A DNA stretch of 63,881 bases, filler included, from Stramenopiles sp. TOSAG23-3 (taxonomy: Eukaryota), in NCBI GenBank assembly GCA_900128585.1. It is 7 parts of 7 records of this genome, joined end to end, with 100 filler letters (N's around TTAATTAATTAA, not from the genome) between each part and the next. Parts side by side here need not be neighbours in the genome. Positions count along the whole stretch, not along the records: positions 48,289 to 60,211 come from LT642720.1; positions 60,312 to 62,046 come from LT645468.1; positions 62,147 to 63,881 come from LT645469.1; 4 more parts are not named here. One strand, given 5' to 3'. Below the pieces are notes generated by a model that was not told where the DNA came from, ran no database searches, and worked only from the letters and a program-made list of their open reading frames with translations. Made by a program: the position numbers and the translations under genes. Positions 53,912 to 63,628 of this stretch are shown piece by piece. How positions within the stretch are numbered: the first letter of the stretch is position 1; every line of letters starts with the position of its first letter.

Positions 53912-56900
53912 TTACTCGTGCACCCCGACCCAGAACGAATTGCAGACGTTGAACCATTTCGGGGGCTTGTCCGTGTTCCCCCGGCTCGGCTTCTTCCCGC
54001 CCAAGACTTGCATCCCCGTCAACGCCACGGACCCCAGCTTTCGCTTCCGCTTCCACTTGGGCGACTTCTTCTTCCCGCTCAGCTTTTGCTTCCGTTTCTC
54101 CTCCTCCTCCCGCTGAATGACGTCTTGCTCCCATTGCTTCAGCCCCTTGACGCCCACCCGGGCGCTGGTGCTGCTCACCCCGGTCCCTCGGGACTCCGTC
54201 GTCCCCGGGCGATGGGGCGGGCCGCGCTCGACGAACTGGAGCACCAGGACCACGGTCCCCTCGCAGTCGGCGGCGGTGGGGGAGAACGGCCCGGGCGTCA
54301 GCGGGGACCGTGCCTTCGGAAGCTCCAAAAACGGGACGCCGTTCCAAGCGCACCCCTTCGCTACGAACGCCACCCCCGACCCTTCGTCCTTGCACATGTC
54401 GATCAGAACGCCCAGGAGGGCCCGGTCGTCCGAGTGCTCGAGGGACAGGGTGTACTCGCTCTCTGGCCGCATCACGTTGAAGAGCCGGAGGTGCCCGATG
54501 GCCCGGCGCACGGCCTTTCGGTTCTTCTCGGAGAGCAGGATCAGCGGCAAGTGCAAGTTCTTCACGTCCGTGAGCTTCGGGAACATGCACAGGATCGATT
54601 CGATCAGGTGGTGCTCCCGGTTGATGCGGAACTGGTTCTCGTACGCCTCCTTGCTCTGCTGGTCGAACGACGGGTGTACTTCGTGGTGGTGCTCCCCGTG
54701 GGCGACCAGGTTCATCAGCCGAGAGAGCTGCAGGCACGTCAGGTTGAACTGCCAGCCCCCGAGCAAGCCTTTGATCCGGGTGTTGAAGAAGGCGTCCCGC
54801 TCCTCCATGCCGATGAACCCGGACACGAGCTCTTGGTGGTTCAGCGTTCGGTACGCCCGGCGAAGCATTTCCTCCAATTTCTCCACGTCCTCCACGGACG
54901 CTTGCGGGAAGCACTTTCGAAGGTACGCCGCGTGCGTCGGGGTGTCGACAAAATCGAACGACACCACCCCCCGGCGGGGCAGCTTCCACTCCCGAGAAAA
55001 GCGTTGGAACGGCGCCGGCGCCGGGGCCGCCGGTTTCGCCGCGCCCTTCTTCGGCGCGGGCTTCTTCCTCCCCTTCCCGCCTTTCTTCTTCTCCGCGGGC
55101 GGCGGCGGGACCGGCGCCCGCGCGGCCGGGACAGAGTACTCTGCGTTTCGCACGCAGGACCACTCGTTCTCTGCCTGGGTAAAGTTGCAGCACGCCAGAA
55201 GGTTGCGGAAGAGCACCGTGGGCCCAAGGATCGGGTCCACGGACCCCCACGCGACGGCGTGGGAGGCCGTGTTCAACTTGTTCGCAACGATGTGCTTCTT
55301 CCAGTGGAACGATTGCATGGTGTCCAAGGCGAGCAGCGCCTTGCACCGTTCGCGCTCCTCCTCGATCCCCAGGTCGAACGTGTAGTGCCCTGTCTGGTGC
55401 CACGGCGAGAAGCCGCTCAGGGCGACCAGCCGAGAGACGCCGTACTTGGAGCGAGGGGAAAAGAGCTGGACAAGGTTCGGGACGTCGTCCCCGGACTCGC
55501 CCAGTCGCGAATCGTACAGGTCCACGAGCTTGGGGAACAGGTAAAACAGTTGCTTGATTTTAAGTTCCTCGTCGCGGCACAAGCCCAGGAGCGTCTCCGC
55601 CTGCGCGACGGTGAACCAGTGGTCCTTTGCCAAGTACCGCACAAGGTCCATCTCGTTCCGCTTGTCGACGACCGCGCGGTCGTTCAGCACGCGCTCCCAG
55701 ACCCGTTCCATCTTGTCGTCCGGGATTGCGGCAAGGCAGCTGTTCTTGGTGAGCTCGGCCGTGCGGAGGAACTCGTTCGCCTCTGCGCCGTCCCGCAGCA
55801 CCGTCTTCGAGGCCTCGAACTCCAACGAGAGCGTTCCCGTCTTCGGGATCTCCCAGAACGGATCATCGTGCCAGACGCTGCTGGTGTACTTGGACTTTCC
55901 GACTTTCGCGGACTTCCACGTCAGCGGCCCCCCCAACCGTCCGACCCGCAAGAGCTCCTGCGCGACCGCGACGTCCGACAGCCGCTCCAGGTTGAGCTCG
56001 TACACCCCGTCCGGGGCGGCGTGGTCGAACGCGACCCGACACTTCGTCTTGTCCGTAATGTTGCACTTCGTCATCGTCACCGTGGCGTCATCGTACTCGC
56101 CCATGACGCCGAGGACGGCCCGTGCGCCCAGCTCGCCGATCATGTTCCCGTCCAGCGCAAGCGTTTTAATGTGCCTGTTCGAGGGGGGGAAGAAATCCTT
56201 CAAGTACGCCATCGTCATGCGGTCGCTCATGACATTGAACGACAGGTCTATTTCCGTAAGGGACAGGCAGTTGGCCATGGCGCCCAGGAGCAAGGACTCG
56301 TGGGTCCCGTTCCCAAACCCGTTGTACGCGAGGCGGAGGGACTTGACGTGGCAGTTGGACGACTCCAGGCCTTCCGCGATGTCCCTCACCACTTGGACCC
56401 CGCGAAGTCGGTTCCACCCCAAGTCTAGCTCGACGATGCCGTTCATCCCGCTGGTCATGATTTTCGCGACCCCCTTCGCGGACCGAAGGGCGTTGTCCGA
56501 AGCGTTGAACACCTCGAGCGTGTGGCACTCGGCAACGGCGTCGAAAACGGGCTTCATCAGTGTGTCTCCGAGCCGGTTCCCTTTCAGGGAACAAAACTTC
56601 AGCTTGAACTGGCTCTTCAGTAGAAACCTTACGAGGGCCCTCGACCCTTCCTTTCCTATGCTATTGTTCGACAGGTCCAACGACGTGACCGTCTCCATCC
56701 CGGTCAGCGCATTCAACAGCGCTGCCGCCCCCTTCCCCTTCAGCCCGTTGCTTGCCAAGTTAAACGTCGTCGTCCTCAGCGCCGTCTTGATCTGGAGGGC
56801 TTTGGAGAACGCGAACGCCCGGTCGTCCCCCATTCCGTACCCGTTGAAGTTCAGGCTGTCTAATTTGGACGTCTGTATCCGGCCAGTCTTGTGGTTTATG

Positions 56901-57907
56901 TTGGAGCGGTTTCTAGTGTAGTAGTCTAGCATGGGCTGGGGGGGCATGTGCATCTTTCTGCACTCCCGCAGGTACGTCGACCGGGGCGTGGGGGGTCGGG
57001 CGTACTTGGGTACTTTCTTCTTCCCCTCGGCCGCCTGGTCCTTCAGGGCCCGGGGGTGTGGGGGCGTCGGGGGCCGGGGCGCGGGAAAATCTAACGGAAG
57101 GGTGTGCTTGTCCAGCTTTTTAAACTTTTGAAAGAACGCACTCCGTGCCCCACGCCCCCAGTACTGGTGCTTGGCTTTCATGATCGGGTCCTGTTTCCCC
57201 CCCGAAGCCCCCTCGTCGTCCGTGTCCCCGTCGTACATGAGCCCGGGAAGGACCGGCTCCGTCAGGAAGAACCCATCGTTGTCGTAGAACTCCCTCGCAC
57301 GGTTGGTCGCCAACGGGGGCCTCGCCGCGCTCTGCTCCGACGAGCTCAGCACCCGGTGCCGGTGGTGACTGGGCGCATGCTCGTGCTCTTTCCCGTTCTC
57401 CCCGTGGTGATGATGATGGTGCCCGTGGTGGTGATGATGGTGCCCGTGGTGATGATGGTGGTGGTGAGGGTGATGCCCGTCGCCCTCCTCTTCCGAAGAC
57501 GTGGAGTCTTCGCTGGTGGACGTGGTCCACGTGGACTCTGCCGTTTGGGGGCGGGCCATGTCGTCGACTTGATCGTAAAACCTATCCCCGGTCTGTATCA
57601 TAAACGGGAGGGCGGGCTCGTCCGCCCGTTGCTGGTGGAGTTTCGCCGATTCGTCCTCTTCGTCCTCGTACTGATCTGACACTGGGCCTTGAAGTTCGTC
57701 CCCAAACTCTGGATCGTCCTTCCGAAGCGATACGACCATGTCTTTCTGTACCTGTACCAGCAACACGTCCGACTTCTTCACACGCATAAACTTACTAAGG
57801 GAACACGCCACCGCATTCTTCGCACGCTCCGCCAGCGATGGACCAAAGGTTTGTTTCTTATCCTTCTTTCTCCCTTTCTTCTTCTTCCCCGCTTTCTTTT
57901 TCGCCAT
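53912..57907 (-). CDS. Large RNI-like leucine-rich-repeat protein with poly-His tract
   Basis: LRRs LNFNGYGMGDD, FNLASNGLKGKG, LDLSNNSIGKEG, LDLGWNRLRG, IDLSFNVM. Repeated (P/T)xGxYxLxL-type motifs C-terminally. ATG at 57907 (MAKKKAGKKK). Confidence 0.88.
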   Translation of the reverse strand: MAKKKAGKKKKGRKKDKKQTFGPSLAERAKNAVACSLSKFMRVKKSDVLLVQVQKDMVVSLRKDDPEFGDELQGPVSDQYEDEEDESAKLHQQRADEPALPFMIQTGDRFYDQVDDMARPQTAESTWTTSTSEDSTSSEEEGDGHHPHHHHHHHGHHHHHHGHHHHHHGENGKEHEHAPSHHRHRVLSSSEQSAARPPLATNRAREFYDNDGFFLTEPVLPGLMYDGDTDDEGASGGKQDPIMKAKHQYWGRGARSAFFQKFKKLDKHTLPLDFPAPRPPTPPHPRALKDQAAEGKKKVPKYARPPTPRSTYLRECRKMHMPPQPMLDYYTRNRSNINHKTGRIQTSKLDSLNFNGYGMGDDRAFAFSKALQIKTALRTTTFNLASNGLKGKGAAALLNALTGMETVTSLDLSNNSIGKEGSRALVRFLLKSQFKLKFCSLKGNRLGDTLMKPVFDAVAECHTLEVFNASDNALRSAKGVAKIMTSGMNGIVELDLGWNRLRGVQVVRDIAEGLESSNCHVKSLRLAYNGFGNGTHESLLLGAMANCLSLTEIDLSFNVMSDRMTMAYLKDFFPPSNRHIKTLALDGNMIGELGARAVLGVMGEYDDATVTMTKCNITDKTKCRVAFDHAAPDGVYELNLERLSDVAVAQELLRVGRLGGPLTWKSAKVGKSKYTSSVWHDDPFWEIPKTGTLSLEFEASKTVLRDGAEANEFLRTAELTKNSCLAAIPDDKMERVWERVLNDRAVVDKRNEMDLVRYLAKDHWFTVAQAETLLGLCRDEELKIKQLFYLFPKLVDLYDSRLGESGDDVPNLVQLFSPRSKYGVSRLVALSGFSPWHQTGHYTFDLGIEEERERCKALLALDTMQSFHWKKHIVANKLNTASHAVAWGSVDPILGPTVLFRNLLACCNFTQAENEWSCVRNAEYSVPAARAPVPPPPAEKKKGGKGRKKPAPKKGAAKPAAPAPAPFQRFSREWKLPRRGVVSFDFVDTPTHAAYLRKCFPQASVEDVEKLEEMLRRAYRTLNHQELVSGFIGMEERDAFFNTRIKGLLGGWQFNLTCLQLSRLMNLVAHGEHHHEVHPSFDQQSKEAYENQFRINREHHLIESILCMFPKLTDVKNLHLPLILLSEKNRKAVRRAIGHLRLFNVMRPESEYTLSLEHSDDRALLGVLIDMCKDEGSGVAFVAKGCAWNGVPFLELPKARSPLTPGPFSPTAADCEGTVVLVLQFVERGPPHRPGTTESRGTGVSSTSARVGVKGLKQWEQDVIQREEEEKRKQKLSGKKKSPKWKRKRKLGSVALTGMQVLGGKKPSRGNTDKPPKWFNVCNSFWVGVHE

Positions 57908-58088
57908 CTTTTTATGTACCGAAATGTCCTGCCCACGCAAGCGACTGAATGAATGTCCTTTCCCCCGCCCCCCCCCCCCACCAGAAATAACCTAGATTCG
58001 AGGGATGGAACGAAACGAAACGAAACGAAAAGAAACGAAAAGAAACGAAAACGACGTTGCCGATCGAACCGAACCGAACTGTTCAATC

Positions 58089-58137
58089 CATTGGTGATCA
58101 ATTCATTGGTGATCAATTCATTGGTGATCAATTCATT
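58089..58137 (-). repeat. 3.3 tandem copies of the 15-mer CATTGGTGATCAATT (CCAAT on the minus strand)
   Basis: Directly visible, 180-230 nt upstream of the LRR gene start. Confidence 0.85.
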
Positions 58138-58527
58138 CTTCATTCGTTTCGTCAACTATGTTTCACCAAAATGTTTCACCAAAATGTGTTTGTTTGCATG
58201 AATTCGTTCTCTTTATCTCATCGACGTTTCCTTCCCTGTGTCGATGTTATTTAAACCTATATATCTCAAAAAAATATAAGAAAATCGTTTAACGTCTTTC
58301 TTCTCCAAAATATTCATTCATAGAAAGATTATATTTAAGTATACCATACATTCGTAGTACTTAATGTAAACAATAATTAAAGTATACTTTTAAATCGTAG
58401 TTAATGGAAATCCTTCCCCTAGTACTACGCATTCCTTCGGGACATACGAACGGTTTACATAGGGAACATATACATTAGTATACATTCTATTCGTACTTAT
58501 AATGCTATGATAATTAAAACTTCGTAT

Positions 58528-59685
58528 TTAATTGGAATCGTGCGTCGATGTCGCTTTTCTAAGCCATTTCTTCGCGGCCCTGTGGCTGGTCATGTTCCGT
58601 TTGCAAATGGTCTCTATCAATGGGTCCATGTTTGGTGCCGTTTTCAAACTCAGCAGGGTCTCGTTGGACTCGTCCATGATCTTTGCCAGCGTTCGCACGG
58701 ACTCGGCGTGCGTCCCGGCGTCGTTCAAGTTGAGGAACCGAAGGGTCTTGTTGACACGGAGCATTTCGGCGAAGGCAAGGGTGCCCTCGTTGTCAATGTC
58801 GTTGACTTGGGACTTGTCGTGCAAGAGCGTGTGGGATTCCAAGGACAGCCGGGTCAGGGTGGCGTTGGACCGGAGCATCTCCGCCAGTGCGCTGGCCCCT
58901 TGTGCCTTTATCTGGTTGCTGTCGAGCATGAGGGTGCTCAGCGTGGTGTTTTTCTTCAAGGCCTCGGCCAGGGCAACCGTCCCGTTGTTCCCGATCTGGT
59001 TGTCCGTCAGCGTAAGGCTGGTCAAACTATTGTTGTTCTCTAGGGCCGTTCCCAGCGCGCTCGCGCCGTCCTCCCCGATTTGGTTCGTGGACAGCATAAG
59101 AGTTTTCAACATCGTCGCCCCGTTCTTTATGGCCTCGCTCAAAGCCGCGACGCCCCCGTCTTTGATACTATTAGCCGTCAAGTCGAGGATCGTCAAGCTC
59201 GCGTTGGCACCGAGCCAAGCGGCAAGCTTGCCCGTCCCTTCCCCTTGGAGCCCGGGCGTCCCGAACGTCAAGGAAAGCTTCTGAATCGTCGTGTTCCCCT
59301 CCAGCGCCGTGGTCAGAAACCCTACTCCGGCCCCCGATATCTGGTGCCCCCGCCCAAAGCTCAGCTCGGTCAACGTCGTGTTCCCTTTCATAGCCTCTGC
59401 CAACTTCTCCACCCACGCGTCCGAGGCCGCCTTCCCGCACTGCTCGTTGCAGGCGGCATGCCCCGCGCCCTTGGGGCGCTTCGCGTCCGTCAGCCGGGAC
59501 ACGCAGCTGGCGTTCATCCCAACGAGTTCTAAAATGTCCGCCTGGTCTAGTTTAAGCCCCATCTTAGAGAGTGTTTCCTTTCTAGGGTCCATCTCCTCTT
59601 CCTCCTCCCCTGAATATTCTTCTCCCTCCTCCTCCCCTTCCTCCTCTTCCTCGTACACGTTGGACGAGTTTCTGCAACACGACAT
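58528..59685 (-). CDS. RNI-like (NLRC3-type) leucine-rich-repeat protein
   Basis: 28-residue repeats NxTLTxLxLxxNxIGxxGAxALAEAL; acidic N-terminus after MSCC. Confidence 0.9.
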   Translation of the reverse strand: MSCCRNSSNVYEEEEEGEEEGEEYSGEEEEEMDPRKETLSKMGLKLDQADILELVGMNASCVSRLTDAKRPKGAGHAACNEQCGKAASDAWVEKLAEAMKGNTTLTELSFGRGHQISGAGVGFLTTALEGNTTIQKLSLTFGTPGLQGEGTGKLAAWLGANASLTILDLTANSIKDGGVAALSEAIKNGATMLKTLMLSTNQIGEDGASALGTALENNNSLTSLTLTDNQIGNNGTVALAEALKKNTTLSTLMLDSNQIKAQGASALAEMLRSNATLTRLSLESHTLLHDKSQVNDIDNEGTLAFAEMLRVNKTLRFLNLNDAGTHAESVRTLAKIMDESNETLLSLKTAPNMDPLIETICKRNMTSHRAAKKWLRKATSTHDSN

Positions 59686-60429
59686 TGTGGTTTATCGTTT
59701 GGTTTGTTTGTCGAGCGGTTCGTGTCGGCGCTTGGTCGTTTTGTTTTTTTCTTTTCTCTTTGTGAGGGTTATGAATTTTAAATACTGAGTGGTGTTCTCT
59801 CGGTTGGGGGTTTGGCAAAAGGGCTGAGAAGAATGTTCATGTCAATTGAACCAATTGAACCAACGGGGAAATGGAATGATCAATAGCAACAGAAAGTATT
59901 ATAGTCTCAAAGAAGAAGTTTGTAAGATGCGTTATTTACATATATAGTAATGATACAGTTTATCCGTTGTTGTAATTGAATTATGTATTTTTATTGTTGA
60001 TGGATCGATTCAAATGGTATTAATTAAGTTAATGACATTAAAATAGTCTGGATTATCTAAGTTTTGGTCCGAGCGAGGTCAAAGTACTACTTTGTACTTC
60101 TTTCTTCTTTCTTATAGAAAAGAAGAATATATAAAATATAGAATAACAATTAAAACAAAAATGTATCTGTTGCAACAAGAAAAGGAGGAGGAGGAACAAG
60201 AAAACCCTGAANNNNNNNNNNNNNNNNNNNNNNNNNNNNNNNNNNNNNNNNNNNNTTAATTAATTAANNNNNNNNNNNNNNNNNNNNNNNNNNNNNNNNN
60301 NNNNNNNNNNNTGCTGGGGGCTGGGGGCTGGGGGCTGTGGTGATGAATGATGATCTTTCTTTCTCTTTTTCTTCTTTCTTCCTAATAATAATACACTATG
60401 GCTATGGAGCGTCAACGGGTATCGTATCG

Positions 60430-61770
60430 TCAGCGACAAAGTGCCTTCAAAAACTTAACAAGGGGTTCTTCTTCTCCATACATTTCTTTAATCCTACTGG
60501 TAGCATCCTTCAAGTTTGTGTACCCACCTTTTAGGAATTCTTCGTACGTTGCGGTCTTGATCTCCTCTTCTTTGGCCATCAACTTCAAACTTATTCTCCA
60601 TCGGGCAGAAAGGCTACGAAATTCTTCATGGTTATTTTTAAAGTCACTCAGAAATATCGACCATTTGCTGTAATTTGCTGCTTGGATTACCTCAAATGCT
60701 TTGTTCACACGGGAATCGTTTTCTGAACTGGAATTTCTCTTGCCAAACTTTATTTCTTTTTCATTAGTAGGGTCAACTTTAGTTGCATTGCTTTTCTTCT
60801 TTTCATGTTTTTCCATATTTTCATGTTTTTCCATCGCGCCAGTCCCTAAATCAAGAAGAAACGGATTAGCTGAATCAAAAAGCCCATCCGCCATGTCCCA
60901 TGCTTTGACAATGCAATGGAGGTGTGCCAACATAATGTCACGCTCTTCGTTCCATTTTATGAGGTACTCCTCGTAGTCTTTATAAACCTTCTTTTCGACA
61001 ATGTTTTGTCTGATCCTCGCACAAGACATAACCATCCAATTTGCTACGAAGGATCCAATGGCGTAGAAGTAGGCCCATGACAACAGGGCACCGTACGTCG
61101 ACGTCCGAACAGATGGAATGTCGACATTTCGGCCTTCATTACTCCAAGTACCATTGATCATTTTACCGCCATTTTCTACCCACAAGTCCGGAAACTTGAT
61201 AAAGGCAAAGCGGTTAAAAGCAAAGAAAGAGAAAACCATTCCGGAAATAGTAGACAAAACAATGAAAAGAATTACGAAGCGGTTGAACCGCCACCAGGAT
61301 ACTCTAATTTCCAGAGGCGTATCCTCGCCGTTAGCAGTTTTAATTCCGCTCAACAAATAAAACACCACAATCGAAATCATTGACGAGCCAAGCGAATAAA
61401 CAGAAGCAGATGTGTACGCCGCCAAGTCTCTAATAATGACGTCATTGGCATACGGTGTCTTATTGTACGGTGGCGCTTTAAAGCGTTCTCTTGCCATTCC
61501 CACTTCTTCAAAGTCCACGGACATAGGGATGGCGCAAACAGCCCCCAAGAACAGACCTGACAATAAAGTCGTAGCAGTGATAAGGTCATTTATACGATCG
61601 GAAGATATGGTTGGCTCGTCTAAGAATTCATCATACAGCGAGTTTAACAATGGGATGTAGTAAGCGTACGATCCTTTCTCTCTCACCGACTGAGTCTGCA
61701 GGCATTCGTACTGTTTATCAGGGTTGATGAACCTTACGGGGATACTCAAAGTTTTTTCTTCTTCTTGCAT
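60430..61770 (-). CDS. Hypothetical membrane protein with about four transmembrane helices and a soluble C-terminal domain
   Basis: Hydrophobic segments LITATTLLSGLFLGAVCAIPM, SLGSSMISIVVFYLLSGI, FVILFIVLSTISGMVFSFFAF and GALLSWAYFYAIGSFVANWMVM. Confidence 0.75.
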   Translation of the reverse strand: MQEEEKTLSIPVRFINPDKQYECLQTQSVREKGSYAYYIPLLNSLYDEFLDEPTISSDRINDLITATTLLSGLFLGAVCAIPMSVDFEEVGMARERFKAPPYNKTPYANDVIIRDLAAYTSASVYSLGSSMISIVVFYLLSGIKTANGEDTPLEIRVSWWRFNRFVILFIVLSTISGMVFSFFAFNRFAFIKFPDLWVENGGKMINGTWSNEGRNVDIPSVRTSTYGALLSWAYFYAIGSFVANWMVMSCARIRQNIVEKKVYKDYEEYLIKWNEERDIMLAHLHCIVKAWDMADGLFDSANPFLLDLGTGAMEKHENMEKHEKKKSNATKVDPTNEKEIKFGKRNSSSENDSRVNKAFEVIQAANYSKWSIFLSDFKNNHEEFRSLSARWRISLKLMAKEEEIKTATYEEFLKGGYTNLKDATSRIKEMYGEEEPLVKFLKALCR

Positions 61771-62187
61771 GTTTTTGAAATGTTATAAAATTTCGCCGAT
61801 CTTCTGAAGACAAGGTATGAACCAATTCCTTTTCGTTGCCGTTATACGTAAGTCGGCGTGGTAGATGAGCAATTTATAAAAAATTACCGGCAGTGCAGAC
61901 GACTACCGAACGCATTGGATATTATACTGAAACGTAAACACATCATTTATGGTCTGCGCACTGCTTGTATTAATAATAAAATAAAAGAACGAACCTGCGT
62001 TATTACCGTAACAGAAAATAATACCAGTAGTATGATGATGTACATTNNNNNNNNNNNNNNNNNNNNNNNNNNNNNNNNNNNNNNNNNNNNTTAATTAATT
62101 AANNNNNNNNNNNNNNNNNNNNNNNNNNNNNNNNNNNNNNNNNNNNCATCTTCGGCCACCAGCTCTACCTCTACCAGCTCCATGGTT

Positions 62188-63423
62188 TTAGCCGCTGTTT
62201 CCAACAAGTGCAGAACTAAACTCTCCAGACTTTACCAGTGACGACGTCGACGCTATGTATTCGGAATCTTTCATTCTCTGGTGCTTCCAAAAATGCAGGG
62301 AGTGATCGTAAAATGAACACGACCCAATAAGCTCTCCATTCCAATCTTCGTGATGGCTCCAATCCACACCGTACGCAAGGGATTCAGAGGAATGACCATT
62401 GTAATACTCCAAGCCGCCCATGTTCACCATTTTAATTTCTTCCCCCAACAGTCGCTCTTCCTCTTCTGTGGTCGCAGTGACATCAATGACATGCACTCCG
62501 CCTCTCATTGCTGCCGCGGCAAGCAGCGTAGAATGCCTGGGGTTCCATTTTAGCCGCCAAACCCCACCCCCTACGTCAAATTCGCGAAGCGAACCATTAC
62601 GCATCGCTCGGGTGTCCCATATTCGTACCTTTCCATCGTAGCCACCTGACGCCAAAATATTTTGTTGGAAGGGCGAGCACTGCATGCTACAAACGCCGGA
62701 GCCATTGGTTTCCAGGTTTGTAAAAAATGGCTTACCACCACTAATTTGGTTGGGGTCACGAATATCCCAGCCTTTCATTTTCCCATCATCAGCCCCCGTA
62801 TATAAAATATTCGGCGACCATTTATTGAAGACACCTATCCACACTTCAGTTTCCGCGCCAAAAAGATCATGGGCTTTCCATTTTGAAACCGTCGAAATTT
62901 CTTCATTGCCCACAGAACCTGTATCAAAAACTGCGACCGTTCCATCTGTATTGGTCCCTAAAATCAAATCTTTGGTCGGGCTCCAGTCGAGCGATAGCAC
63001 AATTCCAGAAGGGATGACATTGTATGTTCCCAATGTACGCACAGATATGTCCTGCGCCCCTGCCTCTCGTTTTGGTTCCAAAAATCCAAGTTCCCCACTA
63101 GACGTTCCAACCCCAAGGACTGGCTTGTCCTGGATTAACCCCCACTTGGCATCTAAGATTCCTGCAAAGTTCAGTTTATCAGACGCCAGCTTAACATCGC
63201 ACAAGATTTCTGGTGTTTGAGAACCTTCATTTTCGATATGATCTTGACGCAAACTCTTCTTAGAAATGGAGTAGAACTGCGTATCCCCAGTTTTTTCTTT
63301 GGAGGACGCGTTTAAGTTGTAAGTAGAGCAGACGCAAATATCTCGAAAACCGGCCGTCGGGCAGAATTCAACACTGTCTGCACAAAGGACTGTATCGTAT
63401 TTTCCGAACTGTTTAGTCGTCAT
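62188..63423 (-). CDS. DPH7: Diphthamide biosynthesis WD40 protein DPH7 (WDR85/RRT2)
   Basis: ADSVEFCP...STYNL, GILDAKW, WKAHD...EVW, YTGADD...WDIR, GGGVWRLKWNP, SLAYGVDW and SCSFYDHSLHFW. Confidence 0.92.
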   Translation of the reverse strand: MTTKQFGKYDTVLCADSVEFCPTAGFRDICVCSTYNLNASSKEKTGDTQFYSISKKSLRQDHIENEGSQTPEILCDVKLASDKLNFAGILDAKWGLIQDKPVLGVGTSSGELGFLEPKREAGAQDISVRTLGTYNVIPSGIVLSLDWSPTKDLILGTNTDGTVAVFDTGSVGNEEISTVSKWKAHDLFGAETEVWIGVFNKWSPNILYTGADDGKMKGWDIRDPNQISGGKPFFTNLETNGSGVCSMQCSPFQQNILASGGYDGKVRIWDTRAMRNGSLREFDVGGGVWRLKWNPRHSTLLAAAAMRGGVHVIDVTATTEEEERLLGEEIKMVNMGGLEYYNGHSSESLAYGVDWSHHEDWNGELIGSCSFYDHSLHFWKHQRMKDSEYIASTSSLVKSGEFSSALVGNSG

Positions 63424-63588
63424 CTCGAGTTTAGTAATAATGCTACAATGTTTTTGCACTGCTGGGGCAATCGTTGACCTTAAAAGTGGTTTTAATCGTC
63501 AGAAACTTGTCGATATGAATGAATGGGTAATGGTCGGTAGGACGGACTCAAACCCCAACCGAAAAGACCAAAAAAAAAAACACAAAAC

Positions 63589-63591
<3 letters not shown>

Positions 63592-63619
<28 letters not shown>

Positions 63620-63628
63620 AAACAACAA
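63592..63628. repeat. (CAA)n microsatellite upstream of DPH7
   Basis: Directly visible. Confidence 0.85.

Noticed and set aside
53831..56428. 865-aa plus-strand ORF and other long antisense or alternate-frame ORFs (44125-45696, 38972-40090, 49181-50449, 53871-55403)
   Set aside because: They are shadows of GC3-rich genes on the opposite strand or frame, with no recognisable motifs and biased composition.
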